A DNA stretch of 64,000 nt, taken from positions 7,124 to 71,123 of the forward strand of contig CAITVN010000076.1 in NCBI GenBank assembly GCA_903895855.1, written 5' to 3'. The stretch comes from Oligoflexia bacterium. Lineage in GTDB: Bacteria > Bdellovibrionota > UBA1018. The position numbers and the translations under genes were made by a program. Under the pieces are notes generated by a model. That model had not been told where the DNA came from, did no database searches, and saw only the letters and a list, made by a program, of their open reading frames with translations. Of this stretch, positions 33,035-43,509 are shown piece by piece (the first letter of the stretch is position 1; each line of letters begins with the position of its first letter).

Positions 33035-36000
33035 ATGCAGAATTTTCAGTCATTCACCCTCTCTCTCATCGACTACTGGACAAAACAAGGCTGTCTATGG
33101 ACCCAGCCTTACGATCACCCCATGGGTGCAGGTACGTTTCATCCCCACACGTTTTTGAAGGGCCTGGGGCCAGAACCGTGGAGAAGCGTTTACGTTCAGC
33201 CGTGTCGAAGACCCGTTGACGGGCGTTACGGTGAAAACCCTTATCGTTTTCAACACTACTATCAACTGCAGGTGTTACTCAAACCCGCACCCTCGAATAT
33301 TATCGATGTGTTTCTAAAATCTCTTGAGCACGTGGGCATTCGACTTGAAGAAAATGACATTTCATTACTTGAAGACGATTGGAAAGGCCCGACTCTCGGA
33401 GCCTGGGGGCTGGGGTGGGAAGTTCGGGCCAACGGGCAGGAAGTCACTCAGTTCACTTATTTTCAGCAGTTGGGTGGCCTTGATCTTGATGTCATTTCTG
33501 GCGAGATCACTTACGGCTTAGAGCGGCTGTACTTGTATCGTTACGGCCTAAAGAGTGCCCTTGATATTCCGTACAACGATCAGTTTACTTACGGCGATAT
33601 TTATAAACAAAATGAATTTGAGTTTTCTCATTTTAATTTCAAGCAAGCGACGGTGAGTGAACTCTTAGAAACGTTCTCTCGATCAGAAGAAAACGTGAAA
33701 CGCTTGTGTGAGCAAAATCTGGTGCTTCCGGCTTACGATTATGTTTTACAGGCATCGCATGCGTTTAATTTACTCGACGCGAGAGGTGCGATCTCGGTCG
33801 CAGAACGCCAACGCTACATTGGGCGGGTGCGTGATTGTGCGCGCCTTTGCGCCCAAGTGTACCGTGCTGAACGAGAAGCGCGTGGGTTTCCGCTGATGAA
33901 TCGGGTGGCAAGTCAGTCAGTAGTCGGGGGGGCTGCACCGATGGGTTCGGGGCTTCAGGTGTCGAGTGCGAGTTCTTCGCGCGATTGGACTGCGCCCACA
34001 GAGGTGGGGGCTAAACCCGTTGATGTTTTACTCGAGCTTGGGGTTGAAGAGATTCCGCCAGCCTTTCAGGTTGCTGCCCAAGAGCAAATTGAGTCGTCAC
34101 TAAAGGCGTGGAGAGAAAAAACGGCAAAAACCTTTGCTGGTAGCGAAGTGTTTCTATCGCAATTGCGTGCGACAAAATTTCAGGTGCTCACATCGGCAAG
34201 ACGCATCTCGCTTTTATGCGAAGGCCTACCTTGTCGCGAGCCTGATTTGAAAAAAGAAAATTGGGGGCCAGCTGAGAGAATTGCCAAGGCTGCTGATGGC
34301 AGTTTTAGTCAAGCCGCATTGGGGTTTGCAAAAAAATCAGGAATCGACCCGAGCGCGTTGCAGTTTAAATCTAAGAGTGATGGAACCTTTCTTTACTTCG
34401 AAAAAAATGAACCCGGTCGAGATTTTCCGAAACAGGTGGCCGAAGAGTTCTTCACTTGGGTTGAGGCGATTGAGTCTGGGCTAAAGATGAAGTGGTCGGT
34501 TCCTGGTTTAGCCGATTTCTTTTCTTTTGTGCGCCCCGTTCGCACAATCTGCGCGATGGTGGGTAACCAGAGGTTAGCAGTCACTCGATTTGGGGTTGAA
34601 TCCGGCAAAACCACTTTTGGGCAGCGAGTTCTCTCGCCTCAGTCGATCGAACTAAAAGGGGCTGCTGAGTATGAGCATGCCCTGACTCAAGCTGGGGTGA
34701 TGGTCGACACGAAGAAGCGTCAGGCGCTCATCTTAGATACCGCTCGTAGCCTAGCTGAATCAAAGAAAGGAATGCTCGGGGCATTTTCTGAAAAATTAGC
34801 TGAAAAGACCGCAGGACTGACCGAAAGCCCCGTCGTGTTTTTGGGCAAAATGGACTCTAAGTATTTGCGGCTTCCGGCTCGTTTGATTTCAAGTGCTTTG
34901 CGTGAGCACATGAATTATTTTTCGGTGCTAGCGCCAGATGGGCTAACCACTTTGCCTTACTATATCGGTGTGGCTGGGTATCAGTGCACGCAGTTTGAGA
35001 AGATGGTCGAAGCGACTTCGGTCGTCGTAACCGGACGGCTCGAAGATGGTGCGTTTTATTTTGACCAAGACCTTCAAACATCTGTCGAAGAATTTCATGA
35101 CCGCCTCGGAAGCCAAACGTTTCAAGCGGGAATGGGAACCCTCAAGCAAAAAGCCCAGCGGGTTTCGCTTTTGGCTTCACGTTTAGCTAAAGTTTGGCCA
35201 AGAAATGGTGCCGACTCTTCGGTAGATTTCGCAGAAATCGCCGGGCTTGCGGGGTTGTATTCAAAGGCCGATCTGAGGTCGGGTTGCGTTCAAGAGTTTC
35301 CTGACGAAATGCAAGGAGTGATGGGCGGAATTTTGATCAACCACCAAAAACCTTTTGGTGACAAGTCAGCTCGAATAGCTGAGGCAGTCTCAGAGCACTA
35401 TTCGCCCGCAGGGGCAGCCGATTCATTGCCAAAATCGCAATTAGGCAAGCTCGTTTCTTTGGCAGATAAATTAGATTCTTTGGTATTTTTGTTAGGCTCT
35501 GGAAATGAAGTGAAAGGCAATAAAGATCCTTTCGGATTACGTCGAATGGCCGTGGGTGTGGTTCGAATTCTAGGGTTGGACGGTGAGCTAGATACCGCGT
35601 CGGTTGGATTTTCTGAGCTTTCGAGCTCAGCATTGGCCGTCATTGAAGGGCAGGGTTTTTCATTAGCAAAAGACACGTTAACAAAAGTGAATGAATTTCT
35701 TTTGGGTAGGGTCAAGGCCGCCTGGAAGAACGAATTCAATCCTGGCGCTATTGAAGCGGTCTCTAAGCGAATTGAAGCGCAGTCTATTGTGGTTTCAAGA
35801 AACCTCGTTCGTTCACTATCGAAGGCGCTTGAGTCGAAAACGAGTGGTCTTGCAGAGTCGTTAACCCCGTATAAAAGGTGTGTCTCTCTGACCGATCCGA
35901 TATTGGGTCGGGCGAGCGAGTTCGTGGTTGATGCGCAATTGATTGAACAGGCAGAAGAACGAGCACTTTTTGAAGTGGTGAAGCAAGTCGAACTGCGAGC

Positions 36001-36202
36001 AGAGCAGACTGTGCGAGACTTGAAGTTTGATGAGTACTTTGCCTTGCTCGCTTCAGTAGGCGCGCCGCTTGGACTATTTTTTGATAAGGTTTTAGTGAAC
36101 CACGATGATGTGAAATTGAAAAATAACCGGTTGGCGCTTTTGCTCAAGATTAGAAAACTCTATGACCACGTGGCTGATTTCTCGAAGATTCAACTGAAGT
36201 AG
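33035..36202 (+). CDS. glyQS: glycine--tRNA ligase, fused alpha and beta subunits
   Basis: The N-terminal ~290 aa is GlyQ-like (FQSFTLSLIDYWTKQGC, YVQPCRRPVDGRYGENPYRFQHYYQLQV, TYFQQLGG). A linker of ~45 aa follows. The rest is GlyS-like (LLELGVEEIPPAF ... DPFGLRR). Total length is 1055 aa in one frame. Confidence 0.9.
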   Translation: MQNFQSFTLSLIDYWTKQGCLWTQPYDHPMGAGTFHPHTFLKGLGPEPWRSVYVQPCRRPVDGRYGENPYRFQHYYQLQVLLKPAPSNIIDVFLKSLEHVGIRLEENDISLLEDDWKGPTLGAWGLGWEVRANGQEVTQFTYFQQLGGLDLDVISGEITYGLERLYLYRYGLKSALDIPYNDQFTYGDIYKQNEFEFSHFNFKQATVSELLETFSRSEENVKRLCEQNLVLPAYDYVLQASHAFNLLDARGAISVAERQRYIGRVRDCARLCAQVYRAEREARGFPLMNRVASQSVVGGAAPMGSGLQVSSASSSRDWTAPTEVGAKPVDVLLELGVEEIPPAFQVAAQEQIESSLKAWREKTAKTFAGSEVFLSQLRATKFQVLTSARRISLLCEGLPCREPDLKKENWGPAERIAKAADGSFSQAALGFAKKSGIDPSALQFKSKSDGTFLYFEKNEPGRDFPKQVAEEFFTWVEAIESGLKMKWSVPGLADFFSFVRPVRTICAMVGNQRLAVTRFGVESGKTTFGQRVLSPQSIELKGAAEYEHALTQAGVMVDTKKRQALILDTARSLAESKKGMLGAFSEKLAEKTAGLTESPVVFLGKMDSKYLRLPARLISSALREHMNYFSVLAPDGLTTLPYYIGVAGYQCTQFEKMVEATSVVVTGRLEDGAFYFDQDLQTSVEEFHDRLGSQTFQAGMGTLKQKAQRVSLLASRLAKVWPRNGADSSVDFAEIAGLAGLYSKADLRSGCVQEFPDEMQGVMGGILINHQKPFGDKSARIAEAVSEHYSPAGAADSLPKSQLGKLVSLADKLDSLVFLLGSGNEVKGNKDPFGLRRMAVGVVRILGLDGELDTASVGFSELSSSALAVIEGQGFSLAKDTLTKVNEFLLGRVKAAWKNEFNPGAIEAVSKRIEAQSIVVSRNLVRSLSKALESKTSGLAESLTPYKRCVSLTDPILGRASEFVVDAQLIEQAEERALFEVVKQVELRAEQTVRDLKFDEYFALLASVGAPLGLFFDKVLVNHDDVKLKNNRLALLLKIRKLYDHVADFSKIQLK

Positions 36203-36209
36203 ATTTCAG

Positions 36210-36534
36210 CAACTGCAGTTGACTGAACCTAAACTAATTGAGAATATTTTCTCCGGTTTCTTTGGCCTTCGTAAAAAGACATTCCGCAGCCGCAGTATCG
36301 GCATCTCTATTTTTTAAGAGTAGACTGCAGTTATCCCCTTATTTTTACTCCTCAAACATCCTATTTTCTTGCTTTCGGCATCCTGCCTCGCAAGAGTCGC
36401 AAAAATAAGGGGATAACTGCAGTCTACTCTTAAAAAATACTCGCCGATACAAAAGCGAGGACGTCTTTTTACGAAGGCCAAAGAAACCGGGGAAAATATT
36501 CTCAACAGTAGCCAGGTTAGTTCAACTGCAGTTG
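36210..36534. repeat. nested-hairpin intergenic element, copy E2
   Basis: Helix 36240-36280 pairs with 36463-36503 (41 bp, one T:G pair). Helix 36309-36346 pairs with 36401-36438 (38/38). The apical segment is 54 nt (36347-36400). The 12-nt palindrome CAACTGCAGTTG occurs at both ends. Confidence 0.9.
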
Positions 36535-36555
36535 TAGGATAGCCTCTTTAAAGTT

Positions 36556-37770
36556 TTACTCGATTTCAAATCGCACTGATTGAATTCCGCGCTTTGCACT
36601 ACTGAGAGCCTCATCAAATGATGATCCTACTGAGATGCAAGCACCCAGACGGTTCATTGATCCGTGTTGTAGAGTGGTGAAGTGGCCTTCACTGGCAAAT
36701 AAAAATAGGCGGGTCTCAGGTGCAAATTCGGCAGAGTTGAATTGATTTTCAATTTGGGTGATTTTTCCTTCTTTGTTTGGATAGCCATACGAGATCGCTG
36801 AAAAACGGTTGTTTTTCGGGTTCACCAGGCAAGACTGATCAATCGGAAGACCGAGGGTTTTGTTGACCATCAGTTCAACCAGGTCAATGCCAAACGCAAG
36901 TTTCACAAGCGCGGGTATGAAGTCACCGGCCAAGCGGCAGTGCGTTTCGACTAGTCGGGGTCCAGAGGGAGTCAGAAAAACTTCTGAGTGTGCAGGGCCG
37001 TCAGTGACACCTAGTTCGGTCAGAACTTTCGAAATAAAGGTGAAGGTTTCGGATCTTTGAAGTTCAGAAATATTGGCAGGCATGGCGTGCCCAATTTCGA
37101 CCGCATCAGCTTGGTTTTTGTATTTCTGGGTGACCGTGATGGGGTAATGTTGGCCATCAATAGAAAAAGATTCGATGCTGTATTCGTTTCCTTCTAAAAA
37201 CTCTTCAGCAATGTAGCCGAGGCCCCCGAAAGCTTGTGAACCTTTTGAAATTTCAGTTTCTAGATCTAGAACGGCTGCTTCTAACTGTTGGGTTGAGTGA
37301 ATCTGAAAAATTTGACGGCTGCCAAGTCCCGCACGAGGTTTGACCACAATGCCCGTTGATGACTGGCTATAGAATTCGCGAATTTGGCTAACAGAGGTGA
37401 GCGTGATTGATCGGGTAGGATCAAGGCCGGCACGGCGCAGCTGATCTCGTGTCTTGTATTTATCGCTCATCAGTTCGACGGTATGGTGAGAAACATACGA
37501 TTTTAGACCCAAGTCTTTTCCGATGCGAGCTAACCATTCTTGCTTTTGGTCACAGCAAAGATCGACGGCGTCAAGCTGGTGTTCTTGATGAATCTTGATC
37601 GCCGCCGCTTTGAAATCTTCAAAAGACGACTCTTCATTGAGTGGAGTGATGTTTTTATAAAGGTGATCATCACTGTAATGGCCATAAGGCTTGAGTAGAA
37701 AAAGCTCGTGCCCCAGTTTATGAAATTTTTCGTGATTGATGGTGATTGGATTGATTGCTAATATTTTCAT
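36556..37770 (-). CDS. ATP-grasp domain protein
   Basis: VVKPRAGLGSRQIF, IAEEFLEGNEYSIESF and HSEVFLTPSGPRLVETHCRLAGD. The start is placed at the ATG at 37770 (MKILAINP), 9 nt after the stop of the upstream gene. Confidence 0.7.
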   Translation of the reverse strand: MKILAINPITINHEKFHKLGHELFLLKPYGHYSDDHLYKNITPLNEESSFEDFKAAAIKIHQEHQLDAVDLCCDQKQEWLARIGKDLGLKSYVSHHTVELMSDKYKTRDQLRRAGLDPTRSITLTSVSQIREFYSQSSTGIVVKPRAGLGSRQIFQIHSTQQLEAAVLDLETEISKGSQAFGGLGYIAEEFLEGNEYSIESFSIDGQHYPITVTQKYKNQADAVEIGHAMPANISELQRSETFTFISKVLTELGVTDGPAHSEVFLTPSGPRLVETHCRLAGDFIPALVKLAFGIDLVELMVNKTLGLPIDQSCLVNPKNNRFSAISYGYPNKEGKITQIENQFNSAEFAPETRLFLFASEGHFTTLQHGSMNRLGACISVGSSFDEALSSAKRGIQSVRFEIE

Positions 37771-37778
37771 AGGGTGGT

Positions 37779-39155
37779 TTACCAAAAAGATATCGGTTTG
37801 GCGGGATAGGTTTGAGTCAGTGCACGTTTGTGAATTTCCTGAATGTGACCAGAAAGTGAACACATGAGGTTAGTTTGGTCTAAATTGTAGTAGACAAAGC
37901 CCGGCAGGGTTGAATCCCAGAACTCGACATAACAATCGACAAAGCCCATGGTGTGTCCAATTTCGTGAGCCAGAGTGGCTTGGTTGATCTTTAGCGAATG
38001 GTCTGCATTTTTGTCGAGGGTGATCTGATTTCCACCAATGGCAGATGTTTTTGTGAGTGCACCTGGTATTGAGGTAAAATTGATTACGGCACTTTGCTTG
38101 AAGGTGTCATAAAATAGCGGGTTCACAGTGAGTGTCTCTAGTTTGTTCCAGTAAGTTGCGATGCTTCGGCTAACTGAATTTGTGAGGGTTTCTGAAACAT
38201 CTGCAAACGGAATTGTCAACAGAGTCGTGTTGTCGGCATTTATAGCAGCAGCAATGATGGGATTCTTAACTGAAATTTGAAAAAGCGATTGGTATTTTTT
38301 TTCGCCGCGCAACAGCACGGTGTGCACCCAGTTCACCAAGCCTTCAATACTCTGATTTTCGATGAGTTGTTGAATTTCGAGATCACAAACGTGTTCAGTG
38401 GTGACCCCCAGTGAACACGCATCGAAGGCTAGTTCTCGGGCATGTATCGCTGCAGGGCTGTCAAACGCAATCTGATTGATGAGGTCAGAGAACAGGTGTT
38501 GTTGTTCGGCTCTGAGTTTTAACCATGGTCTGATGTCACGGGTGGCTGCGCCCATGGCAGCCTTGATGGGGAGGTTGCTGATGAAGCGCGAGGCTTCGCT
38601 ATAGATGGCTTTGCATTGGGTCAAAAATTCTTTGGCTGTCTTTGTTGGAATTTTTACAAATTGTTGAGAGGTAAGTTTTTCGATTTCTGGAATGCTAAGT
38701 GCCATGATTGCGTTCAGTTCTGTGGGCACCGCCTTCGAGTTGAGCTGAAATCGTTGAAGGATGTCGGCCTCTACAAAAAATCTTGGATTTTCTGGCGTAA
38801 AATCATGAAAGGTAGCGGGGTCAGAGTCGGTCATTTGCTTATCGGTGGTTAGGCGGTTACTGATGGCTAGGCATCGGCTTCCGGTTTCTACTATTTCAGC
38901 GAGGATTTTTGGCTTGCTCACGGTACCCTCGCGTGCCGCCGAGTTTAGAACTGGAAAAGCTGACGCTGAGCTCAAATACGAGATTTCACTGAGGTGTGGC
39001 GTGTGAAGTGGCGCGGTCAGTGAAACTGAGACCACGGCTTCAGCTACGTCAGGGGCGGTGGGCCCACACCCGACCACAAATTCAAGCGAGGAGAGTCCGA
39101 GGAGGGTCAGACCGAGAGCGATAGAGAGAGTGTGATGAAAAGTGAAACGTCTCAT
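37779..39155 (-). CDS. lipoprotein zinc metalloprotease (HExxH)
   Basis: Lipobox FVVGCG and zincin motif LAHEIGHTMGFVDCY near the C-terminus. The start is placed at the ATG at 39155 (MRRFTFHH). Confidence 0.65.
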   Translation of the reverse strand: MRRFTFHHTLSIALGLTLLGLSSLEFVVGCGPTAPDVAEAVVSVSLTAPLHTPHLSEISYLSSASAFPVLNSAAREGTVSKPKILAEIVETGSRCLAISNRLTTDKQMTDSDPATFHDFTPENPRFFVEADILQRFQLNSKAVPTELNAIMALSIPEIEKLTSQQFVKIPTKTAKEFLTQCKAIYSEASRFISNLPIKAAMGAATRDIRPWLKLRAEQQHLFSDLINQIAFDSPAAIHARELAFDACSLGVTTEHVCDLEIQQLIENQSIEGLVNWVHTVLLRGEKKYQSLFQISVKNPIIAAAINADNTTLLTIPFADVSETLTNSVSRSIATYWNKLETLTVNPLFYDTFKQSAVINFTSIPGALTKTSAIGGNQITLDKNADHSLKINQATLAHEIGHTMGFVDCYVEFWDSTLPGFVYYNLDQTNLMCSLSGHIQEIHKRALTQTYPAKPISFW

Positions 39156-39238
39156 TCCTGGGTTCTCTATCACCGATGGCGCACTGAGTCAATTTTGAGT
39201 GATCAGTATCTCATGGAGCGTTTAACTATCGATAAATA

Positions 39239-40477
39239 CTAAGGTTTAACCTCGACACCTTCCCACCTGGCAACTACGGCTGTCGCAAGGCAGTTGCCAA
39301 ATAGGTTAACAGCCGTTCGGGCCATGTCCATGAACTCATCGACCGCAAGAATCAGGGCGATTCCTTCAAGGGGTAGTCCGAAGGTTGTCAAGGTTCCAGA
39401 CAGCACCACGATCGAAGCGCGAGGTACTGCGGCCACTCCCTTGGTCGTGAGCATTAGAGTCAGCATCATCACGATCTGAGTGCCGATTGAAAGTTCAATT
39501 CCGGCCGCCTGAGCAACGAAAACAGACGCGATGGCCAGATAGAGAGTTGAGCCGTCTAGATTGAACGAATAGCCCATGGGTAGCACGAAGCTGGTGATTC
39601 TTCGCGGAATACCCATTTTCTCTAGCGCGCTAATGGCCATGGGGTAGGCTGATTCGCTTGAGGTGGTGGCAAATGCCAAAACAATGGCACTTTTCAGGGC
39701 ACCCAAGAAACGAAACAGAGGGATTTTGAATATTTTAAATAACGGAAATAGACAAAATACCACGAATATCAGAAGTGCGGCGTACAGTGACCCGACCAAA
39801 CGAAGCAGCGGAAAAATAACTTGCCAGCCGTGCTCAGCCACACTCGCTGCCATGGCAGCGCCGACTCCTAATGGCGCAAGGGCCATGATGTATCTCGTAA
39901 ATTGAAACATGGCTTCAGCCAATGACTCGCAAAGGTGAACGATGGGGCGGGCCTTTTCACCGATCGCAAGAAGCGCGAATCCTAAGAGCGTTGCAAAAAT
40001 GACAATCTGTAAAACGTCGCCGCGTGCAATGGCGTCAACAATATTTGTCGGCAGCAGGTGTTCTATGAATCCAGACATGGTCATTTTAGTTGCGGCAGCT
40101 TTGGCGGCCGATTCGCTGAGAGCGGCGCCCTGTAGGTGAATGCCATCACCTGGTCGAAACAGATTCACCGCACCCAGTCCGACACCCAAAGCGGCAGTGG
40201 TTGCGACTTCAAAATAGATGAATGCCCTGATTCCCATGAGGCCCAACTCTTTGAAAGAACCCGAGCCAGCGATACCAGTGATGAGCGTTGAGATGATGAG
40301 CGGCGCAATAATCGATTTGATTCCGTTTAAGAAAAGCCCTCGAAATGGCTTAATTAAGCCTACCGTTTCAGGAGAAACGATGCCCCAGGTAAAGCCGCCA
40401 ATCAAGGCGATGAAGATCCATTGAGTGAGAGAAATTCTTGCAAAGAACTTGATGATCGATGTGAAAATTTGTTTCAT
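39239..40477 (-). CDS. dicarboxylate/amino acid:cation symporter (DAACS family)
   Basis: 412 aa and polytopic. The motifs SSESAYPM, LDGSTLY and the AAVPRASIVVL pattern are typical of the GltP/DctA family. Confidence 0.85.
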   Translation of the reverse strand: MKQIFTSIIKFFARISLTQWIFIALIGGFTWGIVSPETVGLIKPFRGLFLNGIKSIIAPLIISTLITGIAGSGSFKELGLMGIRAFIYFEVATTAALGVGLGAVNLFRPGDGIHLQGAALSESAAKAAATKMTMSGFIEHLLPTNIVDAIARGDVLQIVIFATLLGFALLAIGEKARPIVHLCESLAEAMFQFTRYIMALAPLGVGAAMAASVAEHGWQVIFPLLRLVGSLYAALLIFVVFCLFPLFKIFKIPLFRFLGALKSAIVLAFATTSSESAYPMAISALEKMGIPRRITSFVLPMGYSFNLDGSTLYLAIASVFVAQAAGIELSIGTQIVMMLTLMLTTKGVAAVPRASIVVLSGTLTTFGLPLEGIALILAVDEFMDMARTAVNLFGNCLATAVVARWEGVEVKP

Positions 40478-40502
40478 GATTAATCAATAGTATTGCATTA
40501 TT

Positions 40503-40979
40503 GTGCTTGTGGAAATCATTGTTTGGATACTTTACATTGCAGTGGCGCTTTTCTTGTTTTGGTTGGGTTATCGGCAGATCAAAAATATGGGTCACTCCGC
40601 CAAAAATAAGACAGCGCCCCGACTTCCAGAGAAGCCTCTGAAAACTCACAAAAGGCAGGACGGTTTGCAGTCTGACATTTTTCAAGAAGGCTCAGGCCCC
40701 GGAGCCAAGAATAAAGACATGCTGACGGTTCACTACTCAGCTTTTTTGACGAGTGGTGAAAAAGTAGATTCTTCTTACGATCGGGGTCGAAGCCTCACCT
40801 TTAAGTTGGGTTCGGGCAAAGTTATCTTTGGGTGGGATGAAGCACTGGTGGGGGCGAAGGTTGGTGAACGCCGAAAAATAACGGTGCCGCCGGAGTATGC
40901 CTACGGAAAAAAGGGAACCGAAAAAGTGCCGCCCAATGCGACGGTTATTTTTGAGGTTGAAGTTCTGCAGATTGACTAG
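40503..40979 (+). CDS. membrane-anchored FKBP-type peptidyl-prolyl isomerase
   Basis: An N-terminal TM helix is followed by an FKBP domain (VHYSAFLTSGEKVDSSYDRGRSLTFKLGSGKVIFGWDEALVGAKVGERRKITVPPEYAYG). Confidence 0.85.
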   Translation: MLVEIIVWILYIAVALFLFWLGYRQIKNMGHSAKNKTAPRLPEKPLKTHKRQDGLQSDIFQEGSGPGAKNKDMLTVHYSAFLTSGEKVDSSYDRGRSLTFKLGSGKVIFGWDEALVGAKVGERRKITVPPEYAYGKKGTEKVPPNATVIFEVEVLQID

Positions 40980-41079
40980 AGTCGGTTACCTCAATAGAAT
41001 TGTAACTATCCGAAATTAAAGATAAATTATATAGGTAACTCTTCCTAAAGATCAGCCTCGGCCATCCCGATAAGTATCA

Positions 41080-43509
41080 GTGATGAAAAATTTCGAACTC
41101 GATACGTCTGAAGGCTCGGTTACACTCAATCAGAATAGTAAGTTGCTGGTCTATGCGCTCAATGCCAACTCCCGGCTCGACCCCGACGAGATGCAACTGG
41201 TGCTTCAGGCTTTTTCGACACTCTACAAGAGCAAGTCGACTTATAAAGAGCACCCTCTTCAAAACGAGAAATTCTCTATTGTTCTTGATTTAAAGGCTGC
41301 GGGCACCTCTATTGCTCTTGAATCCATTAGCATGCTTTTGAATTCCGAACTCATTTCTGAAATCAAGAAAGTTGCGTGTGTCACGAGCGTGGTTGAAACC
41401 CATGCACTTTGGCGTCTTGGGGTCATTTCAAGCGCCGAAGCAAAGAAATTTAGAAGTTTTAGTTCGCTTGCCCGAGCGACGGCTTGGATCGCGCTAAAGA
41501 ACTTCGAGGCAAACGAATGTGGCCATTTAGTTTCAATCGTTGAACAAAAACTTTTGACGATCAGAGTCTATCGAAACGAAATTTTCGAGATTGAGTGGAA
41601 ACCGTTAAGTGATTCGGTCACTTTAGAGGTAGCCAAAGAAATTGTTCATGAATTGAAACTACTTCGGAATCGATTTCAATTTACTCATTCTCCATCGATG
41701 CTGATTATTCTGGCCGAAGGAGTTCATGTCGGCGCCGATGTGAGAAACTATTTTGCTCAGATTGATAAAGAATTTGGAGTCAAAAGAATCGCCATGGTAG
41801 TGCCTGCTCGATTCGTCTCGGTGGTTGCAAATGCCATTCAATATTTCACACGCACTTCGGTCAAAACCCGAATCTATGCTAATCGGTTGTCGGCCAAAAA
41901 ATGGCTTGATAGAGCCGCCCACTCTGAAGATAATCGATCGGTAGAAGTCGATGATGAAAGCCTCGAATTGTGGGAAAAAACCACAAGAAACGTCAATGCG
42001 TTCGCGCATCACGTTTCAAATTTTCAGCTCTTTGTTCCTACCGCTATCGGGTTAACAGCGGTCTTGGTCGGTCTCCCGATTCCGTTCGCTTTGTTTGGTG
42101 ATCATGCATTGACTGCGATTGAATCGAGAGGGCTCGCTTATCTATTTTTGATCGCAACGTCTCTGGCAGTCGTGGCCATTTTTCGATACCAGGGCAATCA
42201 GCAGAGGCTGAAAAAATCAATTGATCAGTGGCGAAGAGATTCTCTGTTTAAGTTTGAAAAAGTCATCAAGGTTCTTGGACAATTCACCGCCGGAAACTTT
42301 TCAATGGACGAGTTGGTTGATGGGACCGAGAAAGCGGCAAAAATTCGAGATGAATACGACCAAATATTGCTGCATGCGAGGGTTCTAGGTTCAGAGTTGA
42401 GGCACTCGACCGTGAGTTCAGACTATTTCAAATCCGTGACTGACTCGCTACCTGAATCTTTGATTATTCTCGATAATACGTTTAGAATTTCACACCTCAA
42501 CGAAACAGCTCTAGATATTATTGGTATGTCACGCATTGATTTGGTTCGAAAAGAGGCGACCCTACTGTTTAGAAACCTTTCGAAGGGCGACTTGATCGAC
42601 CGGCTCGAAAAACAAGGTGAGGCTTTTGAGTGCGAGCTCAATTCGATGACTGAAAACTTTGTGCCTGTGATGGTTCGTGCTTCGCCTTTACAAGTCGATG
42701 GAGTGCATCACGGATTTTTGATTGTGGCTTCAGATTTACGTGAGCAGAAAGAGCGCGAAAAAGAGCGCGAAAAACTCAATGAAAAACTTTATCACACGGG
42801 CAAGCTCGCGTCGCTGGGCACCATTTCAGTTGGAATTGCACACGAGTTGAATAATCCACTTGCCGTCATTACCACCGCCGAGTCGGTTTTGCGAAAATCA
42901 CTCAAAGAACCTCAAGATTTGAAATTGCTCGGCATGATTCAAAAATCTGCTGACCGTCTTAAAAAGATCACCACTCACATGCGTGTTTTCGGAAGAAACG
43001 ACTCTTCGATGGAGCGTGAGGTGGTGACGATTCGTAAAGTGATCGACGATGCGATGATTTTCTTAGAAACACAGCTGCGAAATCGCAGCGTCAAAATTGA
43101 ACTCACCGTTCCTGAAAATCTTTGGGTGAACGTGAATTCAACCAGCATGGAAAGTGTTTTTCAGAACCTATTGTCAAATTCACGAGATGCGTTTGAAGAC
43201 TTGAAAGATGAGCGACCTCGACTGATTAAGATCTTTGCCGAAGAGGCTGCAGGGTTTGTGCAGATTAGTTACACTGATAATGCAGGTGGTATGCCTGAGG
43301 CGGTGAAGGAAAAGATGATGGATCCTTTCTTTACGACCAAACCGAAGGGCAAAGGAACAGGCCTTGGTATGTCGATTATCTATGGCACGGTTTCTAATCA
43401 CCAGGGCATGGTGACGATGGATTCAAGAGAAGGCGAAGGGGTGCAGTTTACGATTTTATTGCCGGCCGCCGACCAGACAGCGCTTCAAGAAGAAGATAAG
43501 GCGAGCTAA
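41080..43509 (+). CDS. sensor histidine kinase with PAS domain and long N-terminal region
   Basis: A PAS-like segment ([24 protein letters not shown]) is followed by the HisKA H-box [10 protein letters not shown]. HATPase motifs [10 protein letters not shown] and GTGLGMSI are present, with two TM helices mid-protein. Confidence 0.85.
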   Translation: MMKNFELDTSEGSVTLNQNSKLLVYALNANSRLDPDEMQLVLQAFSTLYKSKSTYKEHPLQNEKFSIVLDLKAAGTSIALESISMLLNSELISEIKKVACVTSVVETHALWRLGVISSAEAKKFRSFSSLARATAWIALKNFEANECGHLVSIVEQKLLTIRVYRNEIFEIEWKPLSDSVTLEVAKEIVHELKLLRNRFQFTHSPSMLIILAEGVHVGADVRNYFAQIDKEFGVKRIAMVVPARFVSVVANAIQYFTRTSVKTRIYANRLSAKKWLDRAAHSEDNRSVEVDDESLELWEKTTRNVNAFAHHVSNFQLFVPTAIGLTAVLVGLPIPFALFGDHALTAIESRGLAYLFLIATSLAVVAIFRYQGNQQRLKKSIDQWRRDSLFKFEKVIKVLGQFTAGNFSMDELVDGTEKAAKIRDEYDQILLHARVLGSELRHSTVSSDYFKSVTDSLPESLIILDNTFRISHLNETALDIIGMSRIDLVRKEATLLFRNLSKGDLIDRLEKQGEAFECELNSMTENFVPVMVRASPLQVDGVHHGFLIVASDLREQKEREKEREKLNEKLYHTGKLASLGTISVGIAHELNNPLAVITTAESVLRKSLKEPQDLKLLGMIQKSADRLKKITTHMRVFGRNDSSMEREVVTIRKVIDDAMIFLETQLRNRSVKIELTVPENLWVNVNSTSMESVFQNLLSNSRDAFEDLKDERPRLIKIFAEEAAGFVQISYTDNAGGMPEAVKEKMMDPFFTTKPKGKGTGLGMSIIYGTVSNHQGMVTMDSREGEGVQFTILLPAADQTALQEEDKAS

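Noticed and set aside
36314-36505. ORF 36314-36505 (-), 63 aa, inside element E2
   Set aside because: Same reasoning. It is embedded in the hairpin arms, has a TTG start, and carries no coding signal independent of the repeat.
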